Below are positions 54,463-64,000 of a DNA stretch of 64,000 nucleotides, piece by piece. Source of the stretch: Waterburya sp. (GTDB taxonomy: Bacteria; Cyanobacteriota; Cyanobacteriia; Cyanobacteriales; Xenococcaceae); the NCBI GenBank assembly GCA_965217895.1, contig CBDCJV010000002.1, forward strand, positions 5,142,100 through 5,206,099, written 5' to 3'. The position numbers and the translations under genes were made by a program. The notes beneath the pieces were generated by a model. It saw only the letters and a list, made by a program, of their open reading frames with translations, searched no databases and had not been told where the DNA came from. The stretch's first letter is position 1. Each line of letters begins with the position of its first letter.

Positions 54463-55572
54463 ATGATTCAAACTCAAACCAAACTACCACCTTTAAAACA
54501 TCCCTTTGCCGATGTCATTCATCGTTTAGAGGCGGGAGGGTCAATGCTACCCGATACCCCCGAAAACTTAATGCAAATCATCGGTATCTATAAAGCCTAT
54601 GCTATACCAATGGACTTTTACTGGCGGGATTTACTTTATATTGCCGAACGAGTTTTCTTAAATCCTCTACCTTTTTTCAAATACTTTTTGCCACAGAAAT
54701 ATCTCGACTTACCCAATCACTATGCAGGCAAGAATGCAGATCTCCAGGTATGGCGCGGTGAAGCATCGGCACACCCCGAACTATTAGAGTTTATTGCCAA
54801 AGGTGAAACAGGTAAAATGTCCAAGTTACTGCATCACCTCAATCACGATCGCATTAATATGGAGTTTGCTGAAGCCTGTATGCGGGCAATGTTTTGGCAT
54901 GAGGATACAAATCCCACGTTCAACGCTTATCTAGATAGCGATGAATATAAAGCCAATGCAGATCGGGCAATCAAAGCATACTTTAAATCTAATCCCGTAA
55001 TGTTGGGAATGTATAGGCTGTTTCCTGATATGTTTCTCGAACAGGTGCGACAGCTATCTTACTATTCTAATTTGGGACTATTTTGGGAAGTGATGTGTCC
55101 TGTGTTTCTCGAAATGTCCGATCTCTACGACGAGGGTAAAATGACCACCGTTAAAGAAGCAATGGATTTCCTAGTTAACGGCATTTTTGCTGTGGCAGGT
55201 AGACCAATCTACCATCATGTCTATATTGGAGATGAATGCTATGAAATCATTCCTAAATCCCAGGGCTTTACCTGGTTATACGAGGCTGCCTTACCTTATG
55301 TAGAAACTGTTTTTTATCGTACTTCGCCCTTTCGTGGCACAAAATCTTATAACGCTCAAGCCAAACAAGTACCAGATGAGCAAAAAGATTTCCACTATGG
55401 CATTCTTTACGCTGATGTTATCCCTGTGGGCATGGCGGGAATTCCGCCTACACTGCTAATGGATGATATGTGGCATTTTCTACCCGACTATTTAGTTGAA
55501 TATTATCAACAACACTGTCGCGGGGAGGACGATATGCTGGTGCAGTTAGGAATTACTTTCCAGCGATCAATG
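54463..55572 (+). CDS. cupA: CO2 hydration protein CupA (ChpY), truncated at the sequence junction
   Basis: RLEAGGSMLPDTPENLMQIIG; PFRGTKSYNAQA; GIPPTLLM; homology ends at ITFQRSM. Confidence 0.9.
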
Positions 55573-55573
55573 C
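55572..55573. other. Junction between cyanobacterial and Bacteroidota-like DNA
   Basis: Abrupt GC rise, loss of HIP1 sites, and both cupA and susC cut mid-gene. Confidence 0.9.
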
Positions 55574-55912
55574 GGCACTTTCGTGCCCAACACGAAGAGT
55601 GTCCCCGCCAGCTCGTACTACGACAACTACTACGCGCTCAGCAACGCCGAGACGAACATCTTCGACGCCTCCTTCCTTAAAATCCGGGAGGCACGGGTCG
55701 AGTACAACCTGCCGCCCGCCTTGCTGGGCCGCGTGGGCGTACGCTCGGCCAGCGTGGCCCTCTTCGGCCGCGACCTGTTCAACTTCACCAAATTCCCCGG
55801 CTTCGACCCCGAAGGCGGCAATCTCAACAACGGCACGCTCACGCCGGGCGTGGAACTGGCCCAGTTCCCCTCCACCCGCTCGATGGGGGCCAACCTGACT
55901 TTGAAATTCTAA
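55574..55912 (+). CDS. SusC/RagA TonB-dependent transporter, C-terminal fragment
   Basis: IFDASFLKIREARVEY..FGRDLF..GFDPE..QFPSTRSMGANLTLKF. Confidence 0.88.
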   Translation, partial: GTFVPNTKSVPASSYYDNYYALSNAETNIFDASFLKIREARVEYNLPPALLGRVGVRSASVALFGRDLFNFTKFPGFDPEGGNLNNGTLTPGVELAQFPSTRSMGANLTLKF

Positions 55913-55924
55913 CCGACCGATTCC

Positions 55925-57403
55925 ATGTTCAAGCGCATTTCCACCAGTTGCCTCCTGTTCCTTAGTCTATTGATTTCCTGCACCAATAACTTCGAGGAAC
56001 TCAACACCGACCCCAACCGCCCCAAGGAAATCACGCCCGGCGTGATGCTGGGCCAGTTGCAGTACCAGCTCGTCAACACGACGATCAACGCCGGCCGCAA
56101 TTTCACGCACGAGCTCATGCAGGTGGACGCCCCGCGTTCCAGCGCGGGGGGCACCGGGCTGCACCGCTACGTGGTCAATCCCGGCGCGGGCGTCTGGACG
56201 AACTTTTACACCTACCTGACCGACATCGAGGACATCTATGCGATCTCCGACCGCTTGAAGGAGAACAACTACAAGGCCATCGCACTGGTGTACAAGAGCT
56301 GGACCTACTCGATCCTGACCGACCTGTACGGCGACATCCCCTATTCCCAGGCCACCAAGGCCTTGGAAGGGAACTTCAAGCCGACTTTCGACAAGCAAAA
56401 GGACATTTACCCTAAGTTGTTGCAGGACCTGGAAACGGCAAATACGCTCTTCGACGATACCAAAGCCCTGACTTACGGCGGCGATATGCTCTACAACGCC
56501 AACGCGCTGTCGGGCGGGAAGAATCTCGGTATAGTCAAGTGGAAAAAATTCTGCAATTCACTGCGGCTGCGGCTGCTGTTGCGGATTTCCAAGCGGGAGG
56601 GGGAAGTCAATGTCAAAGAGCGCATCGCGGCCATCCTGTCCGATCCGGTCAAGAATCCCGTTTTCACCAGCAACGCCGACGAGGCCATTTTCCGCTATCC
56701 CGGCACGTTTCCGTTCTACAACCCCTACTTCAACGCCCGGCAGGTGGACTGGCGCGACGGCACGTACTTCACCAAGTTTTTTCTGGACAAGCTGAACGCC
56801 ACCAACGACCCGCGCCGGGCGGTGTGGAGTACCCAGGTCAAGGTGGGGGCGGAGAACGTCTATCGCGGTATCGACAGCGGGTACCCTGCTTCCCAGGAAT
56901 ACACCGTGGGCAGTAATTCCAGCTACACGGACGCGCTCAAAACGCTGCCGCAACTGGGCGTAATGATGCCCTACGCCGAAGTCGAGTTCATCAAGGCCGA
57001 ACTGGCTCTGAAAGGCTTCACTACCGGGGCCACGCCCGAAAAACACTACGAAAACGGCATCGCGGCCTCCCTCACGCAGTGGGGCGCGGCCATGCCCGCC
57101 GGATTCCTCAAGCAGCCCGGCATCGCCTACGACGCCAGTCAGAGCCAGGAGCAGCAGTTGGAACAAATCATGCTGCAGAAGTACTACGCCTATTTCTTCG
57201 TAGATTACCAGGCCTGGTTCGAGAAACGGCGGACGGGCTACTCCGTGCTGCCGCGCGGCGCGGGCATTCCGGCGGAGAACAAATTCCCCGTGCGGGTGCC
57301 GTACCCGACCTACCTGCAATCGCTGAATCCCGAGGCCCTGGCCGGGGCGGTGGCCTCGATGGGCGGCGACAACAGCGACATTAGGGTTTGGTGGGATAAG
57401 TAG
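55925..57403 (+). CDS. SusD/RagB lipoprotein
   Basis: Lipobox LLISC; FEELNTDPN; TDLYGDIPYSQA; AWFEKRRTGY; VWWDK. Confidence 0.9.
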   Translation: MFKRISTSCLLFLSLLISCTNNFEELNTDPNRPKEITPGVMLGQLQYQLVNTTINAGRNFTHELMQVDAPRSSAGGTGLHRYVVNPGAGVWTNFYTYLTDIEDIYAISDRLKENNYKAIALVYKSWTYSILTDLYGDIPYSQATKALEGNFKPTFDKQKDIYPKLLQDLETANTLFDDTKALTYGGDMLYNANALSGGKNLGIVKWKKFCNSLRLRLLLRISKREGEVNVKERIAAILSDPVKNPVFTSNADEAIFRYPGTFPFYNPYFNARQVDWRDGTYFTKFFLDKLNATNDPRRAVWSTQVKVGAENVYRGIDSGYPASQEYTVGSNSSYTDALKTLPQLGVMMPYAEVEFIKAELALKGFTTGATPEKHYENGIAASLTQWGAAMPAGFLKQPGIAYDASQSQEQQLEQIMLQKYYAYFFVDYQAWFEKRRTGYSVLPRGAGIPAENKFPVRVPYPTYLQSLNPEALAGAVASMGGDNSDIRVWWDK

Positions 57404-57415
57404 TGGTTTTGTTTT

Positions 57416-58286
57416 ATGAAAAATATGATTGGTAAAAAATTGATAATCAGCGGCAAGCGTATCTTGCTATCCTGTCTTGCGAGTCTTCTTCCGGCTCTGG
57501 CTTTCGCCCAGGAAACCGCCGTGATCATGCCGGAGCGGGGGCTATGCGCCCACCGGGGCTGCCTGGACACGCACCCCGAGAACACGCTCCCCGCCTTCCG
57601 GGAGGCGATCCGGCTGGGGGCGCAGATGATCGAGTTCGACATCCAGTTAACGATCGACAGCGTACTGGTGCTGATGCACGACGAAACCGTCGACCGCACC
57701 ACCGACGGTCCACGGAAGCGTTGGGGAACTGACCTTTGCCGAAATCAGAAAGCTGGACGCGGGCAGGAAGAAAGACCCCGCCTTCGCCGGAACGCCCATC
57801 CCGACCTTCGAGGAAACCCTCGCCATGATGCCCCGCAACGTGTGGCTCAACTGCCACCTCAAAGGCGACGAGGCGGTGGGCCGGGCGGCGGCGGCAATGC
57901 TGGCCAGGTCGGGGCGGATGCACCAGGCGTTCCTGACCTGCGGGGAAAAGGCGGCCAGGGCGGCGCGGGCCGAAGTGCCGGGCGTTTCGATCTGCAACGG
58001 CGAAAACCGCTACCGGGCCAACACGCCGCTGTACGTCGATGAGACCATCAAAATGAAAGCCAGTTTCATCCAGCTTCTGCGGGCCAAGCCGGGCGAAGAC
58101 CGCCGGGAAATCATGGAGAAATTGCGGCAAAACAAAGTGACCGTCAACTACTACTATGCCCAATCGACCGATGAACTGGCGGGACTGTTCGCCGAGGGCG
58201 TCGATTTTATTTTGGTCAACAACCTGGCGGAAGCAAGCCGTGAGGTGGCCAGACTGGGCATTCCGGCCTGGCAACCGAAATTCTGA
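57416..58286 (+). pseudogene. Glycerophosphodiester phosphodiesterase, frameshifted near 57715
   Basis: CAHRG..HPENTLPAF, IEFDIQLT..LMHDETVDRTT; continues in another frame (IPTFEETL..GVDFIL). Confidence 0.75.
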
Positions 58287-58324
58287 GCGGGCGTACTGAC
58301 ACTTTCTTTTCTTGAAAACTACTA

Positions 58325-60796
58325 ATGAGACTATACCTAACCCTTGCCTTTTTTCTTGCCTTTTTCTCCGCCCTTTTGGCCCAGAAAAAAGGCGACCCGC
58401 TGCAAAAGCTGGACGCGGCACTCGAAGCGCGGCGGGTGATGCTGCCCAACGGCTGGTCGCTGACCCCGGTGGGCCGCTCTGTCGCGCTGGGCGACCTGCC
58501 ACTGAACATTGCCGTGGCCCCGTCGGGCAAGCTGCTGGCCGTCACCAACAACGGCCAAAGCACCCAAACGATCTAGTTGATCGACGCCGTGGGCGAGAAA
58601 ATGCTGCACAGCGTCGAGATACCGAAGTCCTTTTACGGGCTGAAATTCAGCGGCGACGGCAAGTTTCTCTACGCTTCCGGCGGCAATGACAACGTGATCC
58701 GGCAATATGCGGTAGCGAACAATCGACTAGCATTACGTGACAGCCTGGTGTTGGGCAAAGCCTGGCCGGAAAAAATCTCGCCCGTGGGCTTGGAAATCGA
58801 CGACCGCCGAAACCTGCTCTACGTAGTGACTAAGGAAAACAATTCACTGTACGTGCTGGACCTGAAAACCAAAAGCATCCTGCACCATGAGGAGCTGGGA
58901 TACGAGGGCTACACCTGTGTATTGTCGCCCGACGGGAAAACGCTTTACATCTCGTATTGGGGCGGGAAGCAGGTCGGGATTTTCGACACGAATACGAGAA
59001 AGATAATGGGTACTATTGATGTTGGCACCAATCCCAATGAGTTGATTCTAAATAAAACTAAATAAAAAAGGTTCGTTCCTGTTCGTGGCCAACGCCGGGG
59101 ACAACAGCGTGTCCGTCATCGACACGCGTCAAAAACGGGTGGTGGAAATCCTCAACGCCGCCCTCTACCCCGATTCCCCCTCGGGAACGGTGACGAACGG
59201 CCTGGCGCTTTCACCTGACGAAAAAACGCTCTACGTCGCCAACGCCGACAATAACTCACTGGCTGTCTTCGACGTGAGCGAGCCGGGCGACAGCCGCTCG
59301 AAGGGCTTCATCCCGGTGGGCTGGTACCCGACCAGCGTGCGTGTGGCGGGCCGACGGATATTCGTGGCCAACGGCAAGGGGTTCACCTCGTTCGCCAACC
59401 CGCTGGGGCCGCAGCCGGTTAGTCCCGAAGTACGATCGGAGTCGCATCTGGGAGAAATTCCCAGGGCCAACAATCGTCTACAGTACATCGGTAGTTTGAT
59501 GCAGGGCAGCCTGAGCGTCATCGACGCCCCGAGCGAGGGAGAACTAGCCATCTATTCTAAAAAAGTGTACGCCAATACGCCCTACAAGAAAGAGCGGGAA
59601 CTGGTCACGGAGGGAGAAAAGGGCAACCCCATCCCGATGAAGGTAGGCGATCCCTCGCCGATCAAGTACGTTTTCTACATCATCAAAGAAAACCGCACCT
59701 ACGACCAGGTGTTCGGCGACATGCCCGAGGGCAACGGCGACTCCACGCTCTGCCTTTTCGGCGAGAAGTACACGCCCAACCAGCACAGGCTGGCGCGGGA
59801 GTACGTGCTGATGGACAACTTCTACGTCGATGCCGAGGTGAGCGCCGACGGCCACAACTGGAGCCTGGGCGCCCACGCCAATGATTACCTCGAGAAGACC
59901 TGGCCCACGGGCTACGGCCGCCGGGGCGGCGTGACCGAGGGCCTGGGCCGCCGGGGCGTGGCCAATAACAAGGAGGGCTACCTGTGGGACTTTTGCAAAA
60001 AGGCCGGGCGTCAGCTACCGCAGCTACGGGGTGTTCGTTGACACCAACAAGGGCAATATCCCGGCCCTGGATGCTGCCCACGTCTGTTCCTATTTCGATA
60101 CTTATTACAAGCAGAACGTGCGCGACACCACGCGCGTGAACCAGTGGAAACGCGACTTCGACTCGCTGCTGGTGGCCGGGGCCGTGCCCGCTTTCAACTC
60201 CATCCGCCTGGGGGCCGACCACACGCAGGGGCTGGCCGTGAGCCGACCGACGCCCTACGCCTGCGTGGCCGACAACGACCTGGCCGTCGGAATGCTGGTG
60301 GAACACCTCAGCCGAAGCTCCATCTGGCCTCAGACCGCCGTCTTCGTCGTGGAGGACGATGCCCAGAACGGCCCCGACCATGTGGACGCCCATCGGTCCA
60401 ACGTGCTGGTGGTGAGTCCCTACGTCAAGCGAAAATCAATCGACCACACCATGTACTCCACCTCGGGAATGCTGCGCACGATGGAGCTGATCCTGGGGCC
60501 TGCCGCCCATGACGCAGTACGACGCCGCCGCCACGCCCATGTTCCGCAGTTTCACGGCCCAGGCGGACGCCACCCCCTACGTATCAGTTCCCGCTAATGT
60601 CGACCTCGGCACCGTCAACCTGGCGCTCACGCCCAGCGCGAAGCGTTCCGAAAAGCTGGACTTCACGGACGTGGACCGCATCGACGACCGGATTTTTAAC
60701 GAAATCCTATGGAAGGGACTGAAAGGCGAGGACTCCCGTGTACCCGCGCCCCGGCGCAGCGCCTTCGTGCAGGTGACGCAAAAGGACGAGGACTGA
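58325..60796 (+). pseudogene. YncE-like beta-propeller / phosphoesterase bifunctional protein with several stops and frameshifts
   Basis: LPNGWSLTPVG; GFIPVGWYP; IKYVFYIIKENRTYDQVFGD; EVSADGHNW; EDDAQNGPDHVDAHRS. Confidence 0.8.
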
Positions 60797-60881
60797 ACGG
60801 CGTTTTGGCCCGGAAAAAGTTTGTTCGTACTAATCCCATTTTCTAAAAAGGATGTTTATTTGAGATAAAGATCAAATGAAC

Positions 60882-61594
60882 GTGTGGTTACCATACCTCA
60901 CTCAATTTACCGCAGCCTGCCCTCGAAGCCCGTTACGAGGCCAAGTTGGAGGAAGGGAAAAATTGGCAGCCCGTCAGACTGGCCGCTCGTTACAGTTCAG
61001 CAACCGAAGGTGCTTTCCCTGCTGGAATGGGGTTTGATTCCCCTATGGGTCACGACCGCGCCGGACGCTAAAAAGCTGCGGACCATGACGATCAACTGCC
61101 GCTACGAGACGATGTTTGAAAAGCCCGCTTTCCGGTCGGCCGCCAGGGCGGGGTGACGCTGCCTGATCCCGGTGTAGGGGTTTTTCGAGTGGCATACCGA
61201 GGGCAAACAGAACTACCCGTTCTACATCTATCCCAACGACGCGGAGAAAGAGATTGTCAGCATTGCTGGACTTTGGGACGAGTGGGCCGATCCCGAAACG
61301 GGAGAGGTGCGCATCACTTATACCATGCTGACCCGGCCTGCCAGCGAATTGATGGTCAAAATTCATAACAGCGAAAAAAGGATGCCCTGTCTGCTGACGC
61401 CAGAACTGGAAAGGGCTCACCTGGGGGAGTCGCTGAAAAAGGACGAAGTGCTGGAACTGCTAGGGGCTCCCTACGAATCAGGAAAGCTAAACGCTCATCC
61501 CATTTGCCGCCGCATAACGTTCCGCAAGAAGTCGGTGGATCTGCCGGAGGTGTTAGAGCTGCGTGAGTACGCTGACATTAAATATCTTGATTGA
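60882..61594 (+). pseudogene. SOS response-associated peptidase (SRAP/HMCES), disrupted
   Basis: WGLIPLW; TINCRYET; RCLIPV*GFFEW; IAGLWDEW; IHNSEKRMP. Confidence 0.75.
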
Positions 61595-61780
61595 CCGGTT
61601 TTGTGCCGTATTTCGCTGGCAGACCAAAGATGCTTGTTACCTATTCATTTACTAATCCCAAATCCAATTTTTTTCGTCCTGTCAATAAATCAAGTGATCA
61701 CGTTGTGTAGGCGTATTTCGAGGGGACGATGTCCACGACTGCTGACAATCCAATTTCTTTCTGTACTCAAGATCACGGTA

Positions 61781-63036
61781 ATGGGCCTCTTCGATAAAGC
61801 CAAAGCACAATTTGCAGAAGTCTCGAATGACCTCAGCAAAGCAACTGCATCCCTAGGCCTAGGAGATAAGAAGCCGGAATCCTCGACCGCCAGACCCACT
61901 GAAGATCAATCAAATACTACCCCACCTAGCAGCAACTCTACTGCTCCCATGGCTTCCAGTACGGCAGGAGCACCCAAGGCCAAATTGCCGCTTGCTATTC
62001 GAAAAAACAGTATGGCACCATTGAATAGACGCTTTCGTGTAGTTTTTGTCGCAACGCTGACCGGACTTTTTAGGCAGAGATAACTGGGGAACTCAGCAGT
62101 CCAACCTCGAGAAAAAGCTCTCAGACCTTTTAGGCGTGCCGTGGAAGGTAGATATCGATATTCCATACATATACACGTTCGCCCAAAATGGTTATGCCAA
62201 GGACAACCCCAGTGATATGGTTAAATCGTAAGTGCATCGTTCTCGGTGTTGTGGCAGTAGCCTTAATTCTCTGTTACCTGTGACTGGACTAACAATCTGC
62301 TAGATATGTCGAAGGAGCCCTGAACAGCCTCGAAAAATACATTGACAACCATGGCGAGGACGGCAAGTCTGAACTCAACAAGCTCGCGAGTTCTCACGCA
62401 ATCTCCCTGGATGTAACCACCAAGGACGGTATTACCTACACTGGATGCGAGATCGCTAATGGAATGCTCCGCATCCTCTTCACAAAGGACTATCTCGGCA
62501 CCAACATCAACGACAGTTTAGACAAACTCTCCGAAGCGGTCAACCAGGCCGGCACCTCTCCCAACGACAACTCCCTCGACTTCAACGCCCGCAGCGGCAT
62601 CAAAAATGACTACGACCCCAAAGTCGGTCCTGTAAAAGCCAAATGGCAAAAGATCCTCGCTCTAGACAACGTTGACCTTGACCCCAATTTCGAGGCAAAC
62701 TACGCCGCCATTGCCGCTTACACCAAAAACGGTAAGCAAAGCAACACCTATCCGCAAGAATGGCAAAAGTCCCTCGGCCGTTTCACGCTCGAATATTTCT
62801 CCGGCTTTATTGAGGTTATGGAAAATAAGGGTTTTGGTGACGATGATATGGTGCAGGAAGGATTCAAGGAATCTGTCGAGCGGAACAAAGTCGTCCTCCG
62901 GATCATGGATAAGCTCAACAAGGGGCATTACAACGAGCCGCTTATTGAAGACGGGGTGCTTTATATACAGACGACGGCTGAGTTCTGGGCGACGAATGTC
63001 AATGATCCGGCTTATGAGTTGATGGATCTTTTATAG
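61781..63036 (+). CDS. Fungal-like hypothetical protein, 3 exons (61781-62009, 62074-62227, 62304-63036), 371 aa
   Basis: Introns GTATGG..GCTGAC..TAG (62010-62073) and GTAAGT..ACTAAC..TAG (62228-62303); splicing gives one open frame. Confidence 0.8.
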
Positions 63037-64000
63037 ATTACCTCGAGAGGTCAAACTTGGGATTGAGGGGGAGACAGGTCAAAATATTTTGGAAGTCTTG
63101 ATGTAGATGAAACTACATCATCCAGTGTGCGCAGCATAAGAAATTCGGGGTTCAAAATGTCCTGAAATTCTACAGGCCTAAAGCCCGCTTCCCTTGATGA
63201 CAACATCACTGAAACTTGACAATTAGTGTATGGGATCTTTCCCATTTTTGTCGTCGCTATGCGAGTACAGGATATCCAGGTGCATGACAAGACGAAAGCC
63301 AAGTTGGCCGCATGGTAGCGGACCTCCCTTTACACATTCTAAGACATGTCATCCTGATATTTGAAAAGATGTGACCTCATTCTGATACATGATAGCAAGA
63401 GGGCACTGTATGTCCTATGACGAGGGTGAATCTGACAGTATCTCTTTGGGAGGACGTATTGGAAAGAATTTCATGATTGAGGTGGGAGTGTGTCGGCCAT
63501 CCGTCTAGTGATGCACGGATAGGCTCCGTGAATCATGCCTAGGTTGTCACCGAGCATGTCCGGGGCCAGCTAGGAAATATTGTATGCATGCTCGGTCCAC
63601 CGAAGCTAGATAGGCGCGTTGCCTTGTCCGAAGTTGCACCAATGAAGCAGGCATACTTTATAATCTTCCTTGCGCTGGTATTGGAGGCCACGTTCGCCGC
63701 TGCAGGTGCCTTCGCGTCGATTATTGCTGTCAAAATGTGTGTTCTATTTCTTCAGTCACCAAACACCCTGTTGGGCACACTTTCGGAATCTTCGACTGAT
63801 CTAAGATACAGTGACTCTCTGATGCCGACGGTAGATGTCGCGGAGTGACGTGGCCGGCAATGATACAGAGGGATCAGGCAGTCGAGAAAGCAGGTGAGAG
63901 CTGATCCTCGGACACTTTAGACACTTCCAGGGTACTGAAATACAAAGTAGTTCTAGCTGTACCTTGCTGTTCACTTCAGATACCCACGCTGGAACATCCG

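Noticed and set aside
55573..55680. CupA with a novel basic C-terminal tail
   Set aside because: Artefact of reading across the junction into an off-frame part of susC.
55967..60393. Long antisense and alternative-frame ORFs (e.g. 56558-57319, 57525-58502, 59683-60393)
   Set aside because: Shadow ORFs expected in GC-rich coding DNA; they overlap well-supported genes.
58574..61177. Stop-codon reassignment in the Bacteroidota-like segment
   Set aside because: Both TAG and TGA occur, frameshifts co-occur, and susD and GDPD end normally at TAG and TGA.
63539..63848. ORFs at the end of the window
   Set aside because: No recognisable family, and possibly spliced; insufficient support to call.

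Overview
The window joins three unrelated sequences. (1) 1-55572 is AT-rich, HIP1 (GCGATCGC)-rich cyanobacterial chromosome. It carries housekeeping genes (gshB, grxC, ylqF, Fd-GOGAT, rpsL-rpsG-fusA-tuf-rpsJ, ndhF3-ndhD3-cupA) plus accessory DNA. (2) 55573-~61600 is GC-rich Bacteroidota-like DNA (SusC/SusD, GDPD, YncE/phosphoesterase, SRAP) with many frameshifts and premature stops. (3) ~61650-64000 is fungal-like DNA with a two-intron gene. Main highlights: an 8.87-kb element (three tyrosine recombinases, a TnpC-like protein, its own DnaB helicase and a GHKL-ATPase/nuclease) inserted at a TTAAA repeat inside a four-helix-bundle (IVS/Avd-like) gene, which precise excision would restore in frame. 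That gene is bracketed by inverted heptamer-repeat arrays, and the same arms bound a 240-bp non-coding insert with an 8-bp target duplication inside an IS, suggesting a repeat-armed mobile element family. Also present: a family of ~50-66 bp hairpin inserts, a full-length plant-type methionine S-methyltransferase, and a shared 33-bp OmpR-type promoter motif. All calls come from reading the sequence and motif recall; no searches were run.
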